A stretch of 63,800 nt of DNA, counting the filler, from Actinobacteria bacterium UBA7524 (GTDB lineage: Bacteria; Actinomycetota; Coriobacteriia; Anaerosomatales; UBA912), in assembly GCA_002478275.1 (NCBI GenBank). It is 5 parts of 4 records of this genome, joined end to end, with 100 filler letters (N's around TTAATTAATTAA, not from the genome) between each part and the next. Parts side by side here need not be neighbours in the genome. Positions count along the whole stretch, not along the records: positions 43,056 to 63,800 come from DLMY01000004.1; 4 more parts are not named here. One strand, 5' to 3'. Each line of letters opens with the position of its first letter. The stretch's first letter is position 1. Positions 49,314 to 58,804 of this stretch are shown here, piece by piece. Made by a program: the position numbers and the translations under genes. The notes below the pieces were generated by a model that did not search any database, had not been told where the DNA came from, and saw only the letters and a list, made by a program, of their open reading frames with translations.

Positions 49314-52300
49314 ATGGCTAGCGACGAGACTGTCAAGGTCCTGCTGCGTTATCCCTTCGTGGGGGAGATCCGTCGGGTGACTGATCGTGGGTTTGGGTTC
49401 GTCACCACATCGCGAGGCGAGTACTTCATCCATCTGCGCGATCATTCGGGTCAGCGGCTTGACACGATGGAGGGCCTTGAAGGTAAGCTCTGCGCCTTCG
49501 TGGTCGGTGGGCACCCGTTCCGGTGGGCAGAACAGAGACCTGACTGGAACCGGGCTGTTGTCGAATGGCGGCTCCTGAACGACTTCGATGGTCCCGAGAC
49601 AACCGAGGAATTCGAAGCTCGGAGGGCCGACGAACTCGCAGCCCTGGATATGGCGGGCCTGCGGGAAGTCCTGTCTGCTAGGTGGTACGTCAAGCAGTGG
49701 CGCAAGAGGACTGGATCGAACCCGCAGGCCATCCTCAAGGCGGACTCAGTTCTTGACGCGTGTCTGTCCGAGAGGTTGTCACTCGCCGCGGACGCCGAGG
49801 AACTCATACAGCTGCTTGCGGCGATTTGCGAATCGCCTTGGTACTGCGTTCGTGAAGAGGGCAGGGCCGCTGTCTGTGAGCGCTTCTTCAATCCATCAGC
49901 GTGGTCTGCGAGCGTATTCGTCGCGCGGGGCCCACTGAAGTCATTCCAGGGCTACGCCACTCTGGAGCCTTACTGCGGGGAGACCCTGCAGGGATACGTG
50001 CACAAGGCGAAGGTGGTCGCGATTGACATCGAGAGCGACGGCGAGACCATCTTCGAATTCGGGTGGCGTAATGCGCTTGGGAAAGGGGCGTACCGCTCCC
50101 AGGAAGGACTCAGCGTCGAAGAGTTGCGCGCTGCGGTGGACGAGTGCTTAGCCGGACAGCCCGAACCGTGCATCGTGGGCCATAACCTCTTCGCCTGGGA
50201 CTGGCCGATACTGCAGAAGCGCGAGGCTTCTCTCCCGGAGTCATCGGCGCTGTGGGACACACTCATCGCTTCATGGATTCTGGAACCTTGGCGCGATTCG
50301 CACGCCTTGGTTGTGGCGGAAGGGGCTCACACTGCTGACGCTGATGCCGCGGCATGCTATGAGCTATTCGAACGCCAGATCGAGTCGTTGGGCGACTGCT
50401 TGGACGGGAAGCCCGCGGCAACGGTAGAGCTGGTTGAGCGCATCTACGAGAACCCCCAGCTGCTCTCCGCGATCGGCGACCGGCACTACCCGACCGGCCT
50501 GGTTGAGGCGCTGCCCGGGGCTACTGTCTTTCCATCATGCAGGGCGGCTGAATTCGCATGGCAACGAGGCTGTCGTGTGCATCTGTTGGCCCCAGAGAAC
50601 AAGCTCGCGGATCCCATCCTCGGCCCGGACTGCTGCCGCGCGGTCGCTGAGCGCGAGTCGTCCATCTCCGCAAAGGCCGTCACCGCTGTCGTGACGGATG
50701 CGCGGTCCCAGGACGTCTATGTTCGTCTCTCAGACATTCCTGTCTGGCTCGTTGATGACAACCTCAGGGCGTTGTTGAGAGGGGCGCACGAGGGGAGAGA
50801 GACGGACGACGCCGGTGACGCGGTCGCCATCTACCTCGCGGAAGACCTGTTCAGCCTCTCAGAGGACGAAGTCGATCGACTCTTCGGCGACGGCATACTG
50901 GCAGTCTCTCACGCTCAAGACGTGGCCTTGGCGTGGCAGGAGGCCCGTTGCCGGAGGCTCACTGAGGTAGACGTACGTGCCGAGTTTCCAGGTGTGGCAG
51001 AGGGCCGTAGTGGCCGTGCTCTCCTTCCAGTGAGACGCCCAGATGGGGATACGGCGTGGCTGCTGCATGTTCCTCCCGGTCTGAATGCCGACTCCGCATC
51101 TTGGTTCCTGCTGCCTTCGGTGCCACCATGGTTGCGGATCGAATCCTCGCCTAACCCGCCGGAGGCGATCTCTCTCGCCCGGATTCCGCGTTGGCGCGAC
51201 GGCGATGCCCTCCGCCTCGATGTCGACAGACTCTTCGTGTCTCCCGACACAGCGAATCGCCCGCTCTATCTGGCAGACCTGACCCATTGCATCCTGAGCC
51301 TTCTGCGCAGTCGTCCGGAAGATGAGATTCTGGTCGTTGGGGTGCGATGGCCTGAAGAAGCCGCTCAGCTTCAGAGGAATCTGGCGCAACTGGGGGTGTC
51401 TGCGGAACACCCAGGGACTCCGCTTCGCAGGCTCGAGAGCATCTGCGGGAAGGGCATGCGCGTTCTCGTCTGTGCAAGAGACGAACTTCCGAAGTACGTC
51501 GAGGCAGCAATCCGGCTCGGTAGGGACATCCAAGTGGCTCTTGACGAGGTCCCGCTGCACGAGTGGTACGCGATTCACAACGCGCCGACTGCTCCGAGGC
51601 CGAACCAGGAGGACGCGGACCTCCCAGATCCGGCTTCCGAAGACGAAGAGCGCGAGGGGTCGCCTGATGGCGACACGGAACACAGCGTAGGCATCCAAGC
51701 GGTTCTTCGGGGACGCGATATCAGGGTTCTGACGGATTCGTTCCTACAAGGTTGGCTCGAGCGATTGGGAATGTCGGCTTCAGCCGGAGTGAAGCCGTGC
51801 CTGATACTTGATGCACGGATTGCGCTCCATGACGCCGCAAGGGCCACACGGATTCAGCGGGAAGACATCCCGTTCTACTCGCTCGAGGAATTGCTTGATG
51901 AAGACGTCCTCCGGGTGTTCTACGACATCTGCTATCCGAGGCGTGAAGCTCAAGAGGCCGCCAATGACTACGAGTCGTACAGAGCATTCCTGCAAGAAGC
52001 GTGGGGTTACGATGACTTCCGGCCGGGTACGCAGAAGCCGGCCATAGAGAAGCTCATCCAAACCAATCACGACATGCTACTTCGGCTGCCCACGGGCGGC
52101 GGCAAGTCGATAGTCTTCCACCTGCCCGCTCTTCTCCGTTCGAACTACTCGGGGCGGCTGACGGTCGTCATCACTCCGCTTCGCGCGCTCATGCGGGATC
52201 AAGTCGAGGGGTTGTGGAGGAGGCACTTCACCGAGTCCGTTGACTACCTCAGCGGCGGCCGAGATGCATGGTTGAACCATGAGGTCTACCAAGGCGTTCT

Positions 52301-55300
52301 CGATGGGCGCATACGACTGGTGTTCGTGGCTCCCGAGCGCTTCCGTGTGCCTCGTTTCACCGAGGCGCTCGAGAGGCGACGACGCATGGACGGCGGCCTA
52401 GAGTTCGTGGTCTTCGATGAGGCCCACTGCATCAGTGAATGGGGTTTTGAGTTCCGTCCAGACTACCTGTACGCCGCCGACTACGTAGCGAACTGGTTCA
52501 AGAAGAAGGACCTCCCGGGTAACCCTCATAGGCTGTTGCTCACATCCGCAACCGTGACGCAGAGGAACAGGGTCGACTTGGAGCGGGAGCTCGCCTTGGG
52601 TAAGCCCGGTGACTACGATGATCTTCCGGAGGACATGCCCCATCCGATCCAGTCGTTCATCACCCTCGAGTCCTTCGACCTCGACGAGGACGAGGACGTA
52701 CTCGACGGTGAGAAGTTCGAGAAGATCTGCGAGATACTCGGTGAACTCGACCTGGAGAAGAGCGCGGCTCTCGTGTTCGTTCGTCGCCGCAAGGACTGTC
52801 ATCTGATAAGTGAAGCGTTGAACGCCAGGGCCGCGCAGCCGGATTCCGGCTTGGCCGCCCTCCGTGCATTGCCCTTCCATGCAGGGCTACCGGAAGCCGT
52901 CAAGACGGAGGCTTGTGATCTGCTCCATGACAGGAATGTCAATGTGCTGGTGTGCACCAAAGCCTTTGGGATGGGCATGGACATCCCTCACCTGCACGCG
53001 TGCATACATCACCGTCCGCCGACATTCATTGAAGACTACCTTCAGGAGGTAGGCAGAATCGGTCGGGACGAAGAAGAGCGGCTGCGGGTGGGCCGCGAAC
53101 TCGTCACGGCATCGCTCCTGTACAACCAGAAGGACATAGAAAGGAACCTCGGGCTTCTCCATAGCAAGTCAGTGATGCCTCCGGACCTTCAGGACTTCTT
53201 CGACTACTGTCGCGAGAACAGCGTCTTTTTCGGGGCGGTCGGAAAGTCGCTTTGCCTGGTTCCCGCGAAGGTTCGCATAAGCGAGGCGAAATCATTTGAT
53301 GAGAACCAGGTCTCCACCTGTCTTTTCTGGCTCGAGCGCATGGGTGTGCTGCGGATAGAAGGCCGCAACCCGCCATTCCTCGATCTCACGCTCGACGTAT
53401 CGCGCTTGCACAGTCACGCGAAGGGAACCAGCCACGCCTCACGAATCGCCGCGGTACTTCTGGATCTCGTCACGGAGAGCCATGGCGTTGTGAAGGATCT
53501 GGCCGGCGTGACGACCCAGGACGCCGCTCTACCCCAGATGGAGTCCGTGTTCGCGCGCGTGACCAAGGGTCTCTTGCGAGGCGTACTCGCGCTCATCCCG
53601 CCGTCGACGAGTTTCGAGGCGCTGGCCCAGAATCACTCGGGCCGACTTGCGGCAACCACGTATGGGTGGCCACGTGGGCACGAGACAGTAGAGGTCAGTC
53701 TCTCGATGTCGGAACTGATGTCGGGCTGCGGCGGCATCGGCATGGATGACCTCTTCGCGGGATTGTTCGAGCTCTGCAAAGCAGATGTCCTCTCCGTGCG
53801 CAAGAATCTCACGATACTGCCGAACGGGCTTCCAAGTGGCGATGAGTTCTTCGGTCTCCTGGAGACTGCGGTTCAGAGACTGCTCGAGCCAACAGGCGAG
53901 AAGGTTGAGTACCTCGACCGCAAGGCTCTTGAGTCTGAGCTGCAGGAGTACTACCGGCAGGTTCTCATTCGGGAGTATCGAGCGGATGGCAGAGCGGACG
54001 GACGCGTGGCTCTCTCGCACGTGGAGACACTCCGGCTCAAGAGTGAGGTACGCCGGGCTATCAGCACTTCACTGAAGTTGCTTCGTTACGCGGGTGTGGA
54101 ACTCCGCGAGCGCCTTTCCGAGTCCGGTGTTCCCCAATACGCTCGGTTCGTTGCCGAGTCGCGTCAGGCCTCGGCGGTCAGCTCAGCGTCAGAGAGCATG
54201 AATACGATGCGGCAGCTGCTGGGCTACTTGTCCTCTGTAGAAGCGAAGTCAAGCGTGGCTTCGGGGGGCGCCTTCGAGGTAGGCCTGACCGACATCATCG
54301 ATGCGCTCGGTGGCGATATCCGGATTGGTCGCCTCAAAGAGATCATCAAGCTCGTGGAGACCGCGGGGTTCTATGGTGTTGAAGGCGAGTTTGATGGCTG
54401 GGTGAGTTTGGTCACTCTCAACACTCAAGAGCAGCTGCCGCCCCCCGCTGACGACTCCGATGGAGTCGACGCGGTCCAGCGTGTCTACGTGGAGATGAGG
54501 GAGAAGCACAGGCTGCAGGTTCTTCGTGCTCACGCGATGGTGCTGCTCTCCGTGATGCCTGCGGAGAACCGGAGGGAGTACATCGATCGCTACTTCGAGA
54601 GCGAGTCTGCTGACGACCTAGAGCGGCTGCTCGAGGATACCGTCGGGGATGTTGATGATGAGGTCATCGCCGATAATCGCCTGCTGCAGGGCTTGTTGAG
54701 TCAAGTTCGGCAAGAGCGCTTCACCGAAGAGCTCGAGCGGCTGAACGATAGACAGCGGGCTGTCTGCACCGCCCCGTTCAATCAGACCCTCCTGGTCAAT
54801 GCAGGCCCAGGCTCTGGTAAGACTCACCTGCTCATGATGCGTTGCGCGCATCTCATTCACAGCCAGGGCGTCTCTCCGTCTGAGATTCTCGTCTTGGCGT
54901 TCAACAGGGCAGTGGTCTACGAGATCCGCGATCGAATCCGCGGGCTCTTCCGTGCTCTCGGCTATGGCAGCTACGCGAACCGGTTGGATGTGACGACGTT
55001 CCACAGCTTCGCGCTACGCAATCAACGGGACACCGAACTCTACGAAGAAGATGCCATCGGCGAAGCCGTGCACAGATTCGCGGACAAGATGAAATCAGAT
55101 GACGTCTTTGCCGCTGCTATTGGTAGTAGGTACAAGGCTGTGCTCGTGGACGAGTTCCAAGACATGAATGAGGACTTCTACGACGTCGTGAAGACCCTCT
55201 TTTCCACATGCCGCGGCGGCGGGATGGTGATTGGCGACGACGACCAGGACATTCTCACCTGGAACCGCCGCGACTGGCAGAGGAAGCACGGGAGGGACTG

Positions 55301-56576
55301 CCCTCTCGACGCGACTCACTACTTCTCCGATTTCAGACAGACGCTACAGCCAGTCGAACACCATCTCACGCTCAACTACCGGTCGGTCTCGGAGATTGTC
55401 AAGCGTGCGAACGGCATGATCCAGAGGGCTGCTGACCAGGTCGGGTTCAGCCGGGTGAAGGCGGGAGTCGAACTGGCAGCGTCAAGGCCCGACGACGGCA
55501 TTGTCCAGATGCCGTTCGATTCAGGCGATTCTCTTGCGCTGGTGGCCCAGTCGCTCGGATCCGGCGAGAGCGTGGCCGTCTTGTGCCGCTCCAACAGAGA
55601 GTGCCGGCAACACTACGAGGAGTTGGTTCAGGCCGAAGGGTTGCCAAGAGAGAGAATCGAGCTGCTGGGATCAGAGGACTTCCCTCTCTATCAGCTGAGA
55701 CACTGTGGTGCGCTCCTGGACATCTGTCGTACGCGCAAGGACCATGACTTCGTCGAGTCCTACGCATGGGAGGAGCTCATCGCGGAGTTCGCTGAGCAGG
55801 ATCTTGCGGATCGGGAAGAGGGCCTGGCCTATCTCGACATGCTCTACGCCTTACTCAGAGAGGAGGCCGGACGTCCTCGAGTGCGCGACTTGCGGTCGTT
55901 CATGGGCGAGATGCGGGGCTCGGACATTGAGCGGCTCAAAGCCAAGGCTGGCCTTGGCGAGATGGAGCGCAAGCTGACCATCGCCACAATTCATAAGGTC
56001 AAAGGTCTTGAATATGACACCGTGCTGATCGTGCCCTCAGTTGAGGGCTTCCCATTCTCGGGAGGTAACGGTCAGCAGCCCGGCGCAATCGACGCGGCCG
56101 AGGAGGCAAGGCTCTACTACGTGGCGATGACACGAGCTCGCAGCCGGCTGTACGGAGGATGGGCAGATCGCGAGAATGCTTGGTGGCGACGTCGTGCGTA
56201 CGCGGGAGCGGAAGATGCGCGGAGATTCCATCTCAGGGGGTCACCAAAGGAGTGCTTCGTGTCGTGGCCGGGCCAACGGGATCAGGTCCGCGGGGGTCTG
56301 CAGAGCTACATCGGGCGACACGTGCGCCTGGGGGATCCTCTCGAACTGCGGGGAGGCGCGCTCTTGCATGACGGCCGGCCCGTCGGCCGCTTGTCGAGTT
56401 CTGCGACGACATCGCTACAGCAGGCGAACGCGAAGCCACAGCTGCGCGTGTCCAATGTGATTCGATACACGTGTGGGAACTACTTCAGAGAGCACAACGC
56501 GCAGTTCTGGGAGAACCTCGACGATGCGGTCAAGCGTCAGGGATGGTTCTACCTGGTTCTTGCAGAAGAGGCCTGA
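49314..56576 (+). CDS. Giant fusion: cold-shock/OB + DEDDh exonuclease + RecQ helicase + UvrD helicase
   Basis: RGFGFV/YFIH; DIE...GHN...D...HTADAD; LPTGGGKS/DEAH/AFGMGMD/QEVGRIGRD; AGPGSGKT/DEFQD/GDDDQDI/TIHKVKGLE/YVAMTRA. Confidence 0.88.
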   Translation: MASDETVKVLLRYPFVGEIRRVTDRGFGFVTTSRGEYFIHLRDHSGQRLDTMEGLEGKLCAFVVGGHPFRWAEQRPDWNRAVVEWRLLNDFDGPETTEEFEARRADELAALDMAGLREVLSARWYVKQWRKRTGSNPQAILKADSVLDACLSERLSLAADAEELIQLLAAICESPWYCVREEGRAAVCERFFNPSAWSASVFVARGPLKSFQGYATLEPYCGETLQGYVHKAKVVAIDIESDGETIFEFGWRNALGKGAYRSQEGLSVEELRAAVDECLAGQPEPCIVGHNLFAWDWPILQKREASLPESSALWDTLIASWILEPWRDSHALVVAEGAHTADADAAACYELFERQIESLGDCLDGKPAATVELVERIYENPQLLSAIGDRHYPTGLVEALPGATVFPSCRAAEFAWQRGCRVHLLAPENKLADPILGPDCCRAVAERESSISAKAVTAVVTDARSQDVYVRLSDIPVWLVDDNLRALLRGAHEGRETDDAGDAVAIYLAEDLFSLSEDEVDRLFGDGILAVSHAQDVALAWQEARCRRLTEVDVRAEFPGVAEGRSGRALLPVRRPDGDTAWLLHVPPGLNADSASWFLLPSVPPWLRIESSPNPPEAISLARIPRWRDGDALRLDVDRLFVSPDTANRPLYLADLTHCILSLLRSRPEDEILVVGVRWPEEAAQLQRNLAQLGVSAEHPGTPLRRLESICGKGMRVLVCARDELPKYVEAAIRLGRDIQVALDEVPLHEWYAIHNAPTAPRPNQEDADLPDPASEDEEREGSPDGDTEHSVGIQAVLRGRDIRVLTDSFLQGWLERLGMSASAGVKPCLILDARIALHDAARATRIQREDIPFYSLEELLDEDVLRVFYDICYPRREAQEAANDYESYRAFLQEAWGYDDFRPGTQKPAIEKLIQTNHDMLLRLPTGGGKSIVFHLPALLRSNYSGRLTVVITPLRALMRDQVEGLWRRHFTESVDYLSGGRDAWLNHEVYQGVLDGRIRLVFVAPERFRVPRFTEALERRRRMDGGLEFVVFDEAHCISEWGFEFRPDYLYAADYVANWFKKKDLPGNPHRLLLTSATVTQRNRVDLERELALGKPGDYDDLPEDMPHPIQSFITLESFDLDEDEDVLDGEKFEKICEILGELDLEKSAALVFVRRRKDCHLISEALNARAAQPDSGLAALRALPFHAGLPEAVKTEACDLLHDRNVNVLVCTKAFGMGMDIPHLHACIHHRPPTFIEDYLQEVGRIGRDEEERLRVGRELVTASLLYNQKDIERNLGLLHSKSVMPPDLQDFFDYCRENSVFFGAVGKSLCLVPAKVRISEAKSFDENQVSTCLFWLERMGVLRIEGRNPPFLDLTLDVSRLHSHAKGTSHASRIAAVLLDLVTESHGVVKDLAGVTTQDAALPQMESVFARVTKGLLRGVLALIPPSTSFEALAQNHSGRLAATTYGWPRGHETVEVSLSMSELMSGCGGIGMDDLFAGLFELCKADVLSVRKNLTILPNGLPSGDEFFGLLETAVQRLLEPTGEKVEYLDRKALESELQEYYRQVLIREYRADGRADGRVALSHVETLRLKSEVRRAISTSLKLLRYAGVELRERLSESGVPQYARFVAESRQASAVSSASESMNTMRQLLGYLSSVEAKSSVASGGAFEVGLTDIIDALGGDIRIGRLKEIIKLVETAGFYGVEGEFDGWVSLVTLNTQEQLPPPADDSDGVDAVQRVYVEMREKHRLQVLRAHAMVLLSVMPAENRREYIDRYFESESADDLERLLEDTVGDVDDEVIADNRLLQGLLSQVRQERFTEELERLNDRQRAVCTAPFNQTLLVNAGPGSGKTHLLMMRCAHLIHSQGVSPSEILVLAFNRAVVYEIRDRIRGLFRALGYGSYANRLDVTTFHSFALRNQRDTELYEEDAIGEAVHRFADKMKSDDVFAAAIGSRYKAVLVDEFQDMNEDFYDVVKTLFSTCRGGGMVIGDDDQDILTWNRRDWQRKHGRDCPLDATHYFSDFRQTLQPVEHHLTLNYRSVSEIVKRANGMIQRAADQVGFSRVKAGVELAASRPDDGIVQMPFDSGDSLALVAQSLGSGESVAVLCRSNRECRQHYEELVQAEGLPRERIELLGSEDFPLYQLRHCGALLDICRTRKDHDFVESYAWEELIAEFAEQDLADREEGLAYLDMLYALLREEAGRPRVRDLRSFMGEMRGSDIERLKAKAGLGEMERKLTIATIHKVKGLEYDTVLIVPSVEGFPFSGGNGQQPGAIDAAEEARLYYVAMTRARSRLYGGWADRENAWWRRRAYAGAEDARRFHLRGSPKECFVSWPGQRDQVRGGLQSYIGRHVRLGDPLELRGGALLHDGRPVGRLSSSATTSLQQANAKPQLRVSNVIRYTCGNYFREHNAQFWENLDDAVKRQGWFYLVLAEEA

Positions 56577-56638
56577 TCCCCGCCCCCTAGAACCCCGCCG
56601 CTGCGAGGACGCTCTCCGCCTCCGGGCTCGCTCCGCGT

Positions 56639-56895
56639 TGTGAGGGTCCCAACTTCGGTTGACGCGAGTCACGATGCCATCTTCTCACGAAGCACTTCGT
56701 AGCGTGTCTTTCTTCCGAGCCCCGTGCGGTCGTTCCACGTTGTAGAACTCCTCCCAGACGACGAGCTTCTTCCTGAGATCGACGTCGTCGGTGTAGTCGA
56801 GCAGCTGGTGGAACTCGAGCTTGTCGGTCACATGCGAGCGTTCGACCTTGCCGTTGAGGTTGGGGCCCGCCGGCTTGATGAACACGTGCCTGTGC
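56639..56895 (-). mobile_element. IS481-family remnant (transposase C-terminus and terminal repeat)
   Basis: IKPAGPNLNGKVERSH...WEEFYNVERPHG, a frameshift before YEVLREKMAS*, and a TGT-starting end at 56639. Confidence 0.8.
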
Positions 56896-56955
56896 GTGCG
56901 TCCGCGCCTTGAGGGGAACAATCGCCACAGTATAGGCCCCGGGGGAAGGACCACT

Positions 56956-58068
56956 GTGCTTCACCGGAGAAGCGTTCCGGGCGTACTTGCTGTCGCTGCG
57001 CTGATGACGCTGCTTGTCGCAGCGGGCTCGGGATGTGACGGAGGAGGGGTCCTCTCTCTCGGCGTGCCTGAGGGCACGAATCCGTCTGGCGAGAAGGTGT
57101 CGCTTGCGCTTGACGAGGCGAACGCCGAGACGAAGGCGATCTCATCGGAGGAAGGCGCTGCGTTCGCGACTTCGAGCGCTGAAGGCACCGCTGCGGTGAT
57201 CATCATGCCAGGGACCTTCCCGGACGGTACGCAGGTCACCTTCACCCCGCTCGCGGACACGGGGCAGGCGGGTTCGCTTCCCGGGTTCGACATCAGTGCC
57301 GAAGACGGCGCTCAGCCCTCACTACCGGTGTTCGTCGTGTTCGAGGTCGCGACTGCGATTCCGGATGACCAGACGATCGTGGCATACGGCGAGGACTCGG
57401 CCGAAGGCGTGATGCTCTACACAGACCGCTCTTCTGAAGATGGCGCGAACTACCTGTTCGCCGAGGTCACGCACCTCACGGTGTACCGAGTGGATCAGGT
57501 CCCGCCCAATCGCCCGAAGCCAAAGGACAAGAACAACGGCTATCAGAGCGGTTTCAAGCAGTGGGCCATCAAGGTCAACGACACCCTGGCGGTCGATGAC
57601 GGCATGTGGGTCGGCGAGTTGGCGCTCGAAATGGACGTGCGCAGCCCCGCCGGCGACATCATGGGACCGTACAATGGCCAGGGCACCTACGACGCCAACG
57701 TCGAGATGAGCTCGGACGTGGGGGTCCTTGCCGGGAGTGCGACGGGTGCGTGGGACGGGCCGATGAACTTCTCCAAGTGCAGCGTGAAGAAGTTCCATTA
57801 CAGCTACACGCCGACCGAGGGGGGCATCAAGCCCGGCCTCGGCTTCTGGCTGGCGGCGGAAGGCGACTTCACCGCCAAGGAGGTCGCCCCGTTCGAGATC
57901 TCCTTGGAGGGTCTCGATGGCGGCGGCACCGCGGACCTGAGCCCGTTCGCTCCCGGCGTCGTGCCGATGACCTTGTTCATCTCCGAGAGCGGCGCCACAG
58001 TAGAGATGGCGGGGCACCAGTTCAAGGGTTTCGTGATCGGCACGCTTGCGGAAGAGCCGTCGGAATAG
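56956..58068 (+). CDS. Hypothetical lipoprotein
   Basis: GGAAGGA RBS, GTG start, hydrophobic signal ending GSGC, beta-rich body. Confidence 0.7.
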   Translation: MLHRRSVPGVLAVAALMTLLVAAGSGCDGGGVLSLGVPEGTNPSGEKVSLALDEANAETKAISSEEGAAFATSSAEGTAAVIIMPGTFPDGTQVTFTPLADTGQAGSLPGFDISAEDGAQPSLPVFVVFEVATAIPDDQTIVAYGEDSAEGVMLYTDRSSEDGANYLFAEVTHLTVYRVDQVPPNRPKPKDKNNGYQSGFKQWAIKVNDTLAVDDGMWVGELALEMDVRSPAGDIMGPYNGQGTYDANVEMSSDVGVLAGSATGAWDGPMNFSKCSVKKFHYSYTPTEGGIKPGLGFWLAAEGDFTAKEVAPFEISLEGLDGGGTADLSPFAPGVVPMTLFISESGATVEMAGHQFKGFVIGTLAEEPSE

Positions 58069-58186
58069 GCGCCGAGCCTACGCCCGGACCCGACCGCGAT
58101 GGTGCGGGAGGGATGTGCTCGGCGTAAGGGGTGACGGGGTCGGATCGTACGGCCGCGGACAGGTCGCGGCATCGGAAGGAGCTGAG

Positions 58187-58651
58187 ATGGCCACGCTCGA
58201 GCACGCGCAGGAGTTGCTCGAGACCGGGAAGCGAAAGGCCGGTCTGAAGGAGTTGTGCGAGGTGGCCGACGACTACCGCTCTCGGCCCGCGTACTACACG
58301 CCGTGCGAGACGGCGGAGCTGTTCATCCAGCTCGCGTACGAGATCCGGTTCGACCGCAAGAGCGGGATGTCGTACTTCGGCAAGAAGGCCGCTGAAGCGG
58401 CCTCGCTCATGGGGGAGGCCAAGACCCTTCTCGAAGCGTCGGGAGAGCGCGTCGACCATCCCACGTGGGGCCACTGGTACAGCGTGGCGCGTCGGTTCGC
58501 ACTCACCGACGGAGACCACCTGCAGGCGGCAGCCATCGTCGGCGACCAGATCAAGGCGCTGCTTGCGTCAGGTGATGCGGACCCGGAGGCGATCGAGCGG
58601 CTGCGCGAGTTGAAGCGACGTGACGAGAACCCTCCGTTAGCGCGGCCATAG
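58187..58651 (+). CDS. Hypothetical helical protein
   Basis: AAGGAG RBS before ATG 58187; codon usage typical of the region. Confidence 0.6.
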   Translation: MATLEHAQELLETGKRKAGLKELCEVADDYRSRPAYYTPCETAELFIQLAYEIRFDRKSGMSYFGKKAAEAASLMGEAKTLLEASGERVDHPTWGHWYSVARRFALTDGDHLQAAAIVGDQIKALLASGDADPEAIERLRELKRRDENPPLARP

Positions 58652-58804
58652 AGACGCGCGGCGGCCTGCGTCGCCTGCGCCAGACCGTTGTGTCTGCGGC
58701 AGCTTCCGACCGTCGAAGCTTTCTGACCTGCCGACCGGCGTGGACCACATCGGCTGGCTCGTTTGGGGAACAATCTGCCCGTCGCGCATCGGAGGCGGGG
58801 AGTG

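Noticed and set aside
58652..58804. M-box riboswitch upstream of mgtA
   Set aside because: The conserved TTAGGTGAGGCT-type core is not visible.
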